Below are positions 1 to 8,997 of a DNA stretch of 64,000 nucleotides, piece by piece. The notes under the pieces are model-generated. The model was not told where the DNA came from, made no database searches, and saw only the letters and a list, made by a program, of their open reading frames with translations. Made by a program: the position numbers and the translations under genes. The stretch lies in assembly GCA_034414575.1 (NCBI GenBank), contig DAOULZ010000004.1:6417-70416 (forward strand), written 5' to 3'. Each line of letters opens with the position of its first letter. The stretch's first letter is position 1. Origin of the DNA: Dehalococcoidales bacterium. GTDB taxonomy: Bacteria > Chloroflexota > Dehalococcoidia > Dehalococcoidales > UBA5760.

Positions 1-486
1 GATAGCCTCACGAGATAAGTTTCTGGCTTCCTCAGCCGCCTCCTTAGCCGCGGTACCAGTTTTCTCCACCCGATTTATTCTCTCCGTTGACTCTTTCAGT
101 GACGATTCCGCAGTCTCCTTAACATCTTTGACCGAAACTTCAGCTTTAAATACCGCCTCTTCAAGCGTCCTGGTTAAAACCTTGGTAGCTTCTTTAGTCG
201 ACTCAATTACTTCCTCAGCCTTGGCTATGGCTTCCTTAAATGCCTTGTCAACTGCTTCCGCATTCTCCTCAGCCTCCCTGCTTACCTTCTCAGCCTTGGC
301 TATGGCTTTCCGAGAAGCCTTAGCTGCTTCATCAGCGGTTTTCTTAACCGATTTGCCTATTTCCTCAGCTTTGGCTATCGCTTCCTGGGCTGCTCTTATG
401 GTTGCCTCAGCCGCCTCGATAGCCGATTTACTCAGCGTCTCAGCCCTAGCTACTGCCTTTTCAATTGGCCCAAGTTCTTCTTCCAT
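1..486 (-). CDS. Coiled-coil repeat protein, N-terminal part (gene runs off the window start)
   Basis: Absent from the ORF track because the window edge truncates it. My minus-strand translation from ATG 486..484 reads MEEEELGPIEKAVARAETLSKSAIEAAEATIRAAQEAIAKAEEIGKSVKK...KEAIAKAEEVIESTKEA... and stays open to position 1. TTAGGGGGTAATAAGGGCC precedes the ATG. The DNA repeats at about 72 nt (gccttggctatggc at ~222, ~294, ~367). The listed + ORF 128..505 is its Ala/Ser-rich antisense shadow. Confidence 0.6.
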   Translation of the reverse strand, partial: MEEELGPIEKAVARAETLSKSAIEAAEATIRAAQEAIAKAEEIGKSVKKTADEAAKASRKAIAKAEKVSREAEENAEAVDKAFKEAIAKAEEVIESTKEATKVLTRTLEEAVFKAEVSVKDVKETAESSLKESTERINRVEKTGTAAKEAAEEARNLSREAI

Positions 487-571
487 GGCCCTTATTACCC
501 CCTAAAGACACTAGAAAACACGTCTCCCCTAGCATTCAAGCCAAAGAATTAACACTACTATAGCAAACTAT

Positions 572-600
572 ATTTTATGACAGGCTACTCATTTTTGCAA
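572..600 (-). promoter_or_regulatory. Sigma70-type promoter candidate for the coiled-coil gene
   Basis: On the minus strand: TTGCAA (600..595), 17 nt, TAAAAT (577..572), about 80 nt upstream of ATG 486. Confidence 0.4.
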
Positions 601-790
601 TATGAACTTAGTTAAAAGCCGCTATCCAGCCAAAATCCATTCAGATTAACCCTACTAATGGACTCCTCCCACGCCATTGAGGCAGAAGAGGAGATACCCC
701 CTGAAATTCCTGTTTTATTTTTTATTAATAGAGTTTATATTAGTTAGAGTATCAAACCTTAAAATGCTCTATAGTAAGGAGGAACTTAAA

Positions 791-1270
791 ATGACCGGCT
801 ATGAAATCGTCCAGTTCTGCGTTCTTGGAGTTCTTGTCTATTCGCTGTATTTGACCAGACGCGAATTTATGATTAGAACTAGACCATTCATTGGATTTGC
901 TAACATAGTGAGGAGGGATAGTGATAAGACAAACGAACTTGAATTTGATGTTCTCGTAAATAATGTGGGTAACTTGCCCGCAAAAAATGCTAAACTATAC
1001 GGGAAATTCTTCGTCACTGGCGAGGGCGAGACAGATTTTGAATGTGAAACTAGAGGCTCAGTCTTTCCAGCTTCCACAGCATTGCCAACATGGATAATAG
1101 GCGTTAAAGATGTTGATAAAGATGCGATTTTAAGCGGTTCGAAAGAGTTAAAGTTGAGTATGACCGTTGACTATTATGGGGTTTCTAAAGACGTGTATTA
1201 TACGAGTACTAGTAGAACTTATGATTCTCAAAGAGAGAAGTGGGTAAAAGAAGAAGGCGACTGGGTATAG
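791..1270 (+). CDS. Hypothetical membrane-anchored protein (one N-terminal TM helix plus a ~130 aa domain)
   Basis: The ORF track gives 677..1270. I prefer ATG 791 because AAGGAGG (776-782) lies 8 nt upstream. The N-terminus MTGYEIVQFCVLGVLVYSLYL is a TM helix. The local sequence is AT-rich. I recognise no family. Confidence 0.55.
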   Translation: MTGYEIVQFCVLGVLVYSLYLTRREFMIRTRPFIGFANIVRRDSDKTNELEFDVLVNNVGNLPAKNAKLYGKFFVTGEGETDFECETRGSVFPASTALPTWIIGVKDVDKDAILSGSKELKLSMTVDYYGVSKDVYYTSTSRTYDSQREKWVKEEGDWV

Positions 1271-1558
1271 TTGTAAGTTTAAGTATATAGTAGTGGGCTA
1301 TCGTCAAGCCTCGAAACATAATGGTGTAGCTTTATGAGTTTAATTGAAAACATTCCGGGTAGATAGTAATAAAACTTCCCCGCTTCAGACTGGTCTTGAG
1401 GAATCCTACTCGTATGTTACTAACCAAAAACTCTTTTCTACGTTATAGTATGTAGTATACTTTGCTAGGTGAGGACATATCAGAAAGCCTTTGTCGCGTT
1501 AGTTATAACTACTCAGTTTGAAACCGCCCTCGCCACTTACAAATATACGTGTGCCTGA

Positions 1559-1588
1559 TTGACATTGTCAGTTAAATGTGCCTAAAAT
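1559..1588 (+). promoter_or_regulatory. Sigma70-type promoter of the tubulin-like gene
   Basis: TTGACA (1559-1564), 18 nt, TAAAAT (1583-1588). GGAG (1607-1610) lies 6 nt before ATG 1617. Confidence 0.55.
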
Positions 1589-1616
1589 GGGGCAATTACT
1601 GCTACTGGAGTGAAAA

Positions 1617-2792
1617 ATGAAATTAGTAGTCATAGGTTTTGGTCAATGCGGCGGCCGTATGGCCGACGAGTTTGCCCGACTAAACGGACGGGCACGCAGC
1701 TATCGAGGGATCGAGATAATCACCGGCGCCTATGCGGTAAACACAGACGCTGCCGACCTGAGCGGCTTATCCACCATACGATCCGACTACAAACACAGGA
1801 TCCTCATCGGCGGGCGCAAGACCGGAGGGCATGGGGTCGGCAAGATTAATGAGCTGGGGGCGGAGGTAGCTCGAGAAGACAGTGATAAGGTTATCGATGC
1901 TATCAGAACCACCCGACACTTTGCCGAATCAGACGCCTTCATGCTGGTGGCCGGGGCAGCCGGCGGCACTGGCTCGGGCTCACTACCAATCATGACCCAG
2001 CTCATAAAAGAACGCCATGCGGATAAACCGGTATATAATCTCATCATTCTCCCCTTCGAGCATGAGGAGCAAACCGAGGAAAGAACCATCTATAACTCAG
2101 CCACCTGCCTCAAGTCAGCCGGCGCCGTAGCCGATGCCGTATTTCTCATCGATAACCAACGGTATATTAAAAAGGATGCCTCGCTGAGAAACAATATGGC
2201 CAAGATTAATGCCCTAATCGCTGAGCCATTCTATAACCTGCTCTGTGCCGGCGAGGAGAAAAAACGAAAGCATATCGGAGCCAGGACGCTTGATGCCGGG
2301 GACATCATGCAAACCCTAGTTGGCTGGACAGTGATTGGCTACGGTAAATCAGAGCTGCCCCTAATCAGGCTTCCTTTTGAACAAAAGCGCCACTTCAGGA
2401 AGAAAAGCACCGAAACCTCTCAGGGCATTCACGCCATGGATGAGGCTATAAGCGAGCTATCGTTAACCTGTAACCCCCAGGATGCTAACCGCGCCCTCTA
2501 CCTGCTGGGAGCGCCAGCCGGTGAGATGAACATGGAACTGGTTAAGGAACTCGGCGATTATCTGAGAGATATATGCCCCAAGGCGATCATAAGAAACGGT
2601 GACTACCCCAGGGAGAGGGGAGTGGTGGCTGTCACCGTAATACTATCGGAGCTGGACACCATAAAGAAGGTCACCGCCCTTTACAGTGAATCAACCACAG
2701 TTATCGGAGAGATTCAGAAAAAGCAGGAAGAAATAGCCTGTAAAGTAAAAGCGATCGAAGACGCCGCTAAAGACATACCCTCGCTACTATAA
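1617..2792 (+). CDS. Tubulin/FtsZ-superfamily GTPase, CetZ/tubulin-like rather than canonical FtsZ
   Basis: 391 aa. T1 loop is GFGQCGG (compare tubulin GQCGN and CetZ GQAGG). AGGTGSG fits the tubulin signature [SAG]GGTG[SA]G. FLIDNQRY aligns with tubulin (V/L)DNEA.Y and CetZ FDNDA. RTLDAGDIMQTL is a T7-like N/L.D..D motif. The gene has its own promoter and terminator. Confidence 0.8.
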   Translation: MKLVVIGFGQCGGRMADEFARLNGRARSYRGIEIITGAYAVNTDAADLSGLSTIRSDYKHRILIGGRKTGGHGVGKINELGAEVAREDSDKVIDAIRTTRHFAESDAFMLVAGAAGGTGSGSLPIMTQLIKERHADKPVYNLIILPFEHEEQTEERTIYNSATCLKSAGAVADAVFLIDNQRYIKKDASLRNNMAKINALIAEPFYNLLCAGEEKKRKHIGARTLDAGDIMQTLVGWTVIGYGKSELPLIRLPFEQKRHFRKKSTETSQGIHAMDEAISELSLTCNPQDANRALYLLGAPAGEMNMELVKELGDYLRDICPKAIIRNGDYPRERGVVAVTVILSELDTIKKVTALYSESTTVIGEIQKKQEEIACKVKAIEDAAKDIPSLL

Positions 2793-2836
2793 CTTGCAAC
2801 CTAGCTGTGTCGGGAGAGCTTATCAGCTGAGGTCTC

Positions 2837-2875
2837 GGTACCCCCTCCCCTGGTGAGGAGAGGGGGTACCTTTTT
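2837..2875 (+). terminator. Intrinsic terminator after the tubulin-like gene
   Basis: GGTACCCCCTC ... GAGGGGGTACC forms a perfect 11-bp stem, followed by TTTTT (2871-2875). Confidence 0.8.
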
Positions 2876-2964
2876 CCCGAAATTATCCCCAGATTTTTAG
2901 CGCTCACACTGGCAAAGCCTTTGGCAACCAGATAATATTATGGGGTATAATAGACACAACAAAA

Positions 2965-4599
2965 ATGACTTCTCAGGTTTTCTATCGTAAGTGGCGCCCG
3001 CAAACCTTGGCCGAAGTCGTGGGGCAGGAACACGTCACCCAGACCCTACTTAACGCCCTGAGCAACGGTCGTGTCGCTCATGCTTATCTCTTCTGTGGCC
3101 CACGCGGCACCGGTAAGACCAGCACCGGTCGCATTCTGGCCAAAGCCGTAAATTGTCTTACCACCGGGGGTAACCAGGAACCGTGCAATACCTGCCCCAT
3201 CTGTCAGGCAGTAACCGCGGGCAGATCTCTGGATGTCATAGAAATTGATGCCGCCAGCAATCGGGGGATTGATGAAATAAGAGACCTCCGTGAGAAAGCC
3301 AACTATGCTCCCAGCCAGTCCCGTTACAAGGTCTACATCGTAGACGAAGTCCACATGCTGACTAAAGAGGCCTCCAATGCACTCTTAAAGACGCTGGAGG
3401 AGCCACCACCACACGTCATTTTTGTCTTGGCGACCACCGAAGCCCACAAAGTCCTGCCTACCATTATGTCACGATGCCAGCACTTTGATTTCCGGCGCAT
3501 CGCCCAAAAAGATATGGTCTCCAGATTAACTCACATTTGCAGTTTGGAGAGCATCAAGATTGAGCCAGAGGCACTGCGGCTCATCGCCAGGAGCGCTACC
3601 GGTAGCCTGCGGGACGCGGAAAATATTCTGGAACAGCTCATCACCTATTACGGCTCCGAACTCGAGCTAAAACAGGTTCAGGCCACCCTGGGGATTACCG
3701 GAGATAAACGAGCCAAAAAGTTAATAAAGTACATCGTGGATAGTGACATTGCCAGCGGGATAACCACCATCAACATTGTCCAAAGCGATGGGCTGGACCT
3801 ACGCCAATTCAACCGAGAACTGGTGGAGTATTTCCGCAGCCTGCTACTGGTAAAGACCGGCTCCGACGAAGCCGTAGACCTTACTGCTGAGGACATCGCC
3901 GAGCTAAAGGCTCTGGCCGCTAGAGCCTCCCTCAACCAGATATTAACCGCGGTCAAGCTATTCGGACAGCTCGATTTCGGTCTTGACAGCTATTCCACCC
4001 TGCCCCTGGAGCTAGCCCTAGTTGACTGCGCCCTGAGCTCAGAAGAAGAGGGGGAAGCCGAAACCAAGCGCCCTGAAGCTGACACTCACCGGAGGGCCAA
4101 AGCAACCCAAACCGAAACTACGAAACCCGCTGCGCCACCAGTACCTGATACGAGGGCGGCGGCACCACCACTAGAACCTGAAGACACCACCCCACCTCCA
4201 CCAGCGCCCGAGCTGGCTACTTCCCAAGTAACCTCAACAGAACCCACCGCTACCCCACCTCAGCCCGGCAGCGAGCTTGAATGCCTGAGACAAAACTGGA
4301 AACAGGTTATTGAGCAGGCTCCGGCGGACACCAAAAGAACCCCAGCCATGGCAATTCTGAGAAGTGCCGGCGTTACGCCAGTCGCCTTCGAGAACGACAA
4401 CCTGGTCCTAGCCTTTAGATACCCGCTGCACAAGGAGAATATGGAGAAGCCCCAAAACCAGGAGATTGCCGAAAAAATCATATCTAGCTTTTTAGGGCAC
4501 CCCTGCCATTTACGCTGCACTCACAAGCCGGAAGCCAATCATCTAGTGGAGGCAGCCCTGAAGATGGGGGCACAAATTACCAGCGTGGAGGAGAAATGA
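2965..4599 (+). CDS. dnaX: DNA polymerase III subunit gamma/tau
   Basis: Walker A is GPRGTGKTS and Walker B is DEVHML. A Zn module reads CNTCPICQ, and SRC is present. The linker is Pro/Thr-rich. Gene order dnaX-ybaB-recR is conserved. Confidence 0.95.
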   Translation: MTSQVFYRKWRPQTLAEVVGQEHVTQTLLNALSNGRVAHAYLFCGPRGTGKTSTGRILAKAVNCLTTGGNQEPCNTCPICQAVTAGRSLDVIEIDAASNRGIDEIRDLREKANYAPSQSRYKVYIVDEVHMLTKEASNALLKTLEEPPPHVIFVLATTEAHKVLPTIMSRCQHFDFRRIAQKDMVSRLTHICSLESIKIEPEALRLIARSATGSLRDAENILEQLITYYGSELELKQVQATLGITGDKRAKKLIKYIVDSDIASGITTINIVQSDGLDLRQFNRELVEYFRSLLLVKTGSDEAVDLTAEDIAELKALAARASLNQILTAVKLFGQLDFGLDSYSTLPLELALVDCALSSEEEGEAETKRPEADTHRRAKATQTETTKPAAPPVPDTRAAAPPLEPEDTTPPPPAPELATSQVTSTEPTATPPQPGSELECLRQNWKQVIEQAPADTKRTPAMAILRSAGVTPVAFENDNLVLAFRYPLHKENMEKPQNQEIAEKIISSFLGHPCHLRCTHKPEANHLVEAALKMGAQITSVEEK

Positions 4600-4901
4600 A
4601 TCTTGCCAACATGAAACAAGCCATGGAGCTTAAATCAAAGCTAGACAAGGCTCAGAAAGAGTTGAGCAACCTCACTATTGAAGCTGAGGCCGGTAAAGGT
4701 GCCGTTAGAGTCACCATGGACGGTCAGCAGAAAATAAAGTCCGTCAAGATTTCACCCGACATAATAAACCAGGGAAAGCCAGAGCTCCTAGAAGAACTGG
4801 TACTGAAAGCAGTGAATGAAGCCTCGGCAAAATCCCAAAAGGCTGCGGCCAAACAATTAAAGGGGCTAACCGGCGGCCTTAAGATTCCAGGGCTATTTTG
4901 A
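4596..4901 (+). CDS. ybaB: Nucleoid-associated protein YbaB/EbfC family
   Basis: 101 aa. Sequence MKQAMELKSKLDKAQKEL...GAVRVTMDGQQKIKSVKISPD. Overlaps the dnaX stop by 4 nt, in the classic position between dnaX and recR. Confidence 0.9.
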   Translation: MNLANMKQAMELKSKLDKAQKELSNLTIEAEAGKGAVRVTMDGQQKIKSVKISPDIINQGKPELLEELVLKAVNEASAKSQKAAAKQLKGLTGGLKIPGLF

Positions 4902-4953
4902 ACTAAACGGGAGGTACTGTCTCCTTCTTTAGTAAACCAATAAGGGGGCAAGC

Positions 4954-5565
4954 GTGAATCAAGAAGCTAAACCCACTGCTGATGCCGTATCTCGGCTCAT
5001 ACAGGAGCTTAATAAACTACCCGGAATTGGCCCCAAGAGTGCCCAGCGGCTTGCCTTCCACCTGCTTCGCGCCCCCGAAGAGGAGACAAGGCTGCTGGCT
5101 AGTGCTATCCTCTCGGTAAAGCAGGAGACCAAGCTATGCTCTGTCTGCCTTAATGTTACCAGTGCTGACCCCTGCCATATCTGTGCTAACGAGCAGCGCG
5201 ACCGCACCAAAATCTGCATCGTGGAACAGCCCCAGGACATCCTGGCCCTGGAGCATACCGGGGTCTATAGCGGACTCTATCACGTGCTCCACGGCGCCAT
5301 CTCGCCCACCGAGGGCATCGGTGCTGGTGACGTCAGGATTAAAGAGCTCATGGCCCGGCTTGGGGATGGCTCAGTAACCGAGGTCATTCTGGCCACCAAT
5401 ACCAACCTTGAGGGAGAGCAGACCGCCCTGTACCTAAACAAGCTCGTTACCCCCCTGGGCATCCGGGTTACCCGCCTGGCGAGGGGGCTCCCCTTCGGCA
5501 CCGAGCTGGAATACGCCGACGATGTTACCCTGACCAGAGCCCTGGAGGGCCGTCAGGAGCTATAA
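4954..5565 (+). CDS. recR: Recombination protein RecR
   Basis: HhH motif [14 protein letters not shown], Cys4 finger CSVC...CHIC, and a Toprim region. GTG start preceded by AAGGGGG. Confidence 0.95.
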   Translation: MNQEAKPTADAVSRLIQELNKLPGIGPKSAQRLAFHLLRAPEEETRLLASAILSVKQETKLCSVCLNVTSADPCHICANEQRDRTKICIVEQPQDILALEHTGVYSGLYHVLHGAISPTEGIGAGDVRIKELMARLGDGSVTEVILATNTNLEGEQTALYLNKLVTPLGIRVTRLARGLPFGTELEYADDVTLTRALEGRQEL

Positions 5566-5586
5566 ACAGCACGAGGAAAAACTAAA

Positions 5587-6552
5587 ATGGCGAAAAGTAT
5601 GCCAATTGAAACAAAGCTCCTGCTTTCTAAATTTTTCCCGCCTGGTATTTCAGAGATTATTTTCAGTCGATATCGAATTCAGGCTGTTCCATCGGCATCA
5701 ACTGCCTCACAAGAGGTAATACTCCACTTCATAGATAGCTTCGAAGGCCAGGTGGGAGGCAGTAATCCAGAGGAAGAAGCCAATATCATATGCAACCTTA
5801 TCTCTGTATTGCTAAACACACGCGTAAGAAGAGAAGGCCTAAGAGTAAACAATGTGAATATTCCAGTCACAAAAGAGGGGGAACGAGTTCTGTACCCCCA
5901 GTTATTCGGAAACCTTGACCACGCTAGGCTAAACGAATATTTTAGGAAAATACTTTCCTTAGACATAGATTTGGCAAGACAGCTTGTTAGAGCCTGTCGC
6001 GCCTACTCCTTTGCATTGGGTTTTATCCCTTCAGACCCAACCTTCGCATTCTTTCTACTTGTGGTCGCCGGAGAGTGCCTATCAAGCCAAGATAAGGTCA
6101 TCCCGTCTTCAGAGCTAAAAATCGATTCCCAAAAATGCGATCGCTTCTGTCGCTTCATCGTCTCATTTCTTCCAGAAGAGTATAAGGGAGAAGATGAGCG
6201 AGATGAAGAACTCTTTGACGAGCTTCTTAGAACAGCATATTACTCGCACAGGTCGGGATTCGTCCATGGTGGGAAAGAGGTTTCATCGGCATCTCTAATG
6301 GCAGACAAAGCCCACTCCAGTTACTTCAAACACGCTACAGAAGGCAAAGAGGTAAAAACCCCCGGGTTGGGATGGTTTGCTAAAGTAATACGAGGTGCGA
6401 TTCTCGGTTACCTCGACTCTCTCCCTTCACATGATGCGGATGAGGAGCTTCTGCCTCGACTTGCCCTCGAAAAAGCCATGCTGAAAATCAAGGCAAGAAA
6501 AGATATCCAAAAAGGGCAAGTCGTAACTAAGGACGACATCGAGTACAGATAA
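5587..6552 (+). CDS. Hypothetical protein with a HEPN-like Rx4H motif (candidate RNase or abortive-infection-type effector)
   Basis: 321 aa, visibly lower GC than the flanking recR and recO. YYSHRSGFVHGG contains R222-x4-H227, in a helical C-terminal half typical of HEPN families with the Y..RS...HG pattern. I do not recognise the N-terminal ~120 aa. Confidence 0.5.
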   Translation: MAKSMPIETKLLLSKFFPPGISEIIFSRYRIQAVPSASTASQEVILHFIDSFEGQVGGSNPEEEANIICNLISVLLNTRVRREGLRVNNVNIPVTKEGERVLYPQLFGNLDHARLNEYFRKILSLDIDLARQLVRACRAYSFALGFIPSDPTFAFFLLVVAGECLSSQDKVIPSSELKIDSQKCDRFCRFIVSFLPEEYKGEDERDEELFDELLRTAYYSHRSGFVHGGKEVSSASLMADKAHSSYFKHATEGKEVKTPGLGWFAKVIRGAILGYLDSLPSHDADEELLPRLALEKAMLKIKARKDIQKGQVVTKDDIEYR

Positions 6553-6572
6553 ATAAACACGACCTACTTAAA

Positions 6573-7352
6573 ATGACCAGACCGCGTAACTATCAAACCG
6601 AGGCCATCATCATCAAGAAGACTAAGCTGGGGGAGGCGGATAGAATCCTCACCCTCTATACCCCTCACCTGGGCAAGATTCAGGCCGTCGCCAAGGGGGT
6701 GCGGCGCCCCCGGAGCAAGATGGCAGGGCACCTTGAGCTCCTGACCCACAGTCTGGTGTCACTGGCGAGGGGGCGAAACCTGGACACGGTCACCGGCAGC
6801 CAGACCATAGCCAGCTTCCTCCCCTTAAAGAGCAATCTAGAGCTTACCTCCTACGCCCTGTACACCACCGAGCTGGTTGAACAGTTTACCGCCGACCATG
6901 ACGAAAACTACCCACTGTTCGAGCTCTTGCTCGAGACGATGCACCAGCTGTGTCAGGAAAACAGCTCCGAAGTAACCCTACGCTACTTCGAACTGCATCT
7001 CCTCGACCGGGTCGGCTACCGGCCTCAACTCGGGCAGTGTGTCTCCTGCCGCCAGCCGCCACGACCGGTAACGAACTTTTTCTCCCCCCGCGCCGGCGGG
7101 GTGCTTTGCCCCAACTGCCAGCAGAGCCAGCCTATAACCTACTCCCTCTCAGTTGACGCCCTGAAGGTGCTGAGGTGGCTGCAGGGTGTTGACCTCAGCA
7201 CCGCCAGCCACCTGAAAATAGCCCCCGCCCTGTCCCGCGAGCTGGAGCTAGTAATGAGAGGCCACCTCAAATACCTCCTGGAACGAGAGGTCAAATCAAC
7301 CACCTGGCTGGATACCCTGAGGGAACAAACCAGACCAACCGCTTTACTATAG
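6573..7352 (+). CDS. recO: DNA repair protein RecO
   Basis: N-terminal OB-fold region (EAIIIKKTKLGEADRILTLYT) and zinc finger CVSC...CPNC. Confidence 0.9.
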   Translation: MTRPRNYQTEAIIIKKTKLGEADRILTLYTPHLGKIQAVAKGVRRPRSKMAGHLELLTHSLVSLARGRNLDTVTGSQTIASFLPLKSNLELTSYALYTTELVEQFTADHDENYPLFELLLETMHQLCQENSSEVTLRYFELHLLDRVGYRPQLGQCVSCRQPPRPVTNFFSPRAGGVLCPNCQQSQPITYSLSVDALKVLRWLQGVDLSTASHLKIAPALSRELELVMRGHLKYLLEREVKSTTWLDTLREQTRPTALL

Positions 7353-7461
7353 CACCCAGAAAACATATAATAACCCTAAGATTGGGCTGAGTGCTCTTGG
7401 TAGCTACGGCTCAGGGTCTTCCCCTTCAGCCTTTCTGATAATAGTTACGCAGGGTATCTAG

Positions 7462-8943
7462 ATGACATCCAGACTAGAACGCATCACACAGCAGAGATTA
7501 GAAAAACTGGAGCGGCTCCGAGCTCAAGGTATTAATCCCTACCCCCACCGCTACCACCGCAGCCACACTGCGGAAGAGGCCGTAGAGCTGCTTACCCAAA
7601 AAGAGAAGGGCCTAACTCAGGCTGAGGAAGTTAGCGTCGCCGGGCGAGTTACCGCCATAAGACGAATGGGCAAGAGCTCATTTGTGGACCTACGCGATGG
7701 CTCAGGAAAGATCCAGCTACTATTCCAAGATATTGACCGATTTGATAAGAAACTCCTCAACCTATTTAAGGAGCTAGACATCGGGGACATCATCGGAGTC
7801 AAAGGTAAGGTACTCCGGACAAAAAGGGGGGAGCCCACCGTCCAGGCAAGCGACTTCACCCTGCTGGCGAAGTCGCTTCAGCCCCTGCCGGAGAAGTGGC
7901 ATGGACTCAGTGATACCGACACCAGATACCGACAGCGCTACCTCGACCTCATCGCCAATGCCGAGACGAAGCACACCTTCAGGATACGGAGTCAGGTTAT
8001 CTCTGCCATACGGCAATTCTTGAACGGGCGCGGCTTTCTGGAAGTGGAAACCCCGGTACTCCAGCCCTCGGCCGGCGGGGCTCTGGCTCAGCCCTTTATC
8101 ACCCACCACCATGCCCTTGACCGCGACCTATACCTGCGCATTGCCCTTGAGCTACACCTCAAGAGACTGATCGTCGGTGGTTTTGACAAGGTCTACGAGC
8201 TGGGGCGCACCTTCCGTAACGAGGGCATCTCCACCAAACATAACCCCGAATTCACCATGCTGGAAAGCTACGAAACCTACGCCGACTACAACGATATCAT
8301 GAAAACACTGGAAGAAATGGTATGTCAGGTAGCTAAGCAGATTTTAGGCAAGGATGAGGCTAGCTTTGCCGGTAGCACCATTAGCTTTAAACTGCCGTGG
8401 CGGCGGTTGGAACTGCGCCAGGCAATTATAGAATACGCCGGCATCGACTTTGAGGAATACCCAGATGTCGAATCGCTGCGGGCTAAAATGGGGGAGTTTG
8501 ATATGGAGGCTGACCCGGAAAAAGACCGGGGCCGACTGATAGACGAGCTCCTAGCCACCTTCGTCGAACCAAACCTTACACAGCCCACCTTTCTCGTGGA
8601 CTACCCGATTGAGATGTCGCCCCTGGCAAAAACAAAACCAGATAACGAGCGGTTAGTGGAGCGCTTTGAGGCCTTTGCCGGCGGTATGGAGATTGCCAAC
8701 GCCTTCACCGAGCTTAACGACCCGATTGAGCAGAGAAAACGCTTCGTCAGGCAGCACAAAGCACGCCAAGCAGAAGACAGCGCAGCAGAGACTATTGATG
8801 AGGACTTTCTCACCGCCCTGGAGTATGGTATGCCCCCTACCGGTGGGTTGGGGGTGGGTATTGACCGCCTGGTAATGCTGCTCACCGGCCAGCAATCAAT
8901 CCGCGAGGTCATCCTCTTTCCCCAGCTAAAGGAGAAAGCTTAG
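7462..8943 (+). CDS. lysS: Lysine--tRNA ligase, class II
   Basis: 493 aa. Class II motifs FRNEGISTKHNPEFTMLE and GGLGVGIDRLVMLL. Confidence 0.95.
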   Translation: MTSRLERITQQRLEKLERLRAQGINPYPHRYHRSHTAEEAVELLTQKEKGLTQAEEVSVAGRVTAIRRMGKSSFVDLRDGSGKIQLLFQDIDRFDKKLLNLFKELDIGDIIGVKGKVLRTKRGEPTVQASDFTLLAKSLQPLPEKWHGLSDTDTRYRQRYLDLIANAETKHTFRIRSQVISAIRQFLNGRGFLEVETPVLQPSAGGALAQPFITHHHALDRDLYLRIALELHLKRLIVGGFDKVYELGRTFRNEGISTKHNPEFTMLESYETYADYNDIMKTLEEMVCQVAKQILGKDEASFAGSTISFKLPWRRLELRQAIIEYAGIDFEEYPDVESLRAKMGEFDMEADPEKDRGRLIDELLATFVEPNLTQPTFLVDYPIEMSPLAKTKPDNERLVERFEAFAGGMEIANAFTELNDPIEQRKRFVRQHKARQAEDSAAETIDEDFLTALEYGMPPTGGLGVGIDRLVMLLTGQQSIREVILFPQLKEKA

Positions 8944-8997
8944 GAGCTAAACAGGAGGACAGAAATCAAAAACAGCACAGAGAAGTTTCATAAAGAA

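Noticed and set aside
128-505. 125-aa + strand ORF, Ala/Ser/Leu-rich
   Set aside because: It is the antisense shadow of the minus-strand coiled-coil gene (1..486). That gene has a start codon with an upstream G-rich SD-like element, and a sensible charged heptad-like sequence.
677-790. Upstream extension of the 197-aa ORF
   Set aside because: It has no SD, whereas ATG 791 has AAGGAGG at ideal spacing. The extension is low-complexity, AT-driven sequence.
3714-3720. C AAA AAG in dnaX, resembling the E. coli dnaX -1 frameshift heptamer A AAA AAG
   Set aside because: The first base is C, so there is no XXX re-pairing for the P-site tRNA. The site is at about residue 250, far upstream of the domain III/IV boundary where gamma ends. 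I saw no downstream stem-loop or upstream SD.
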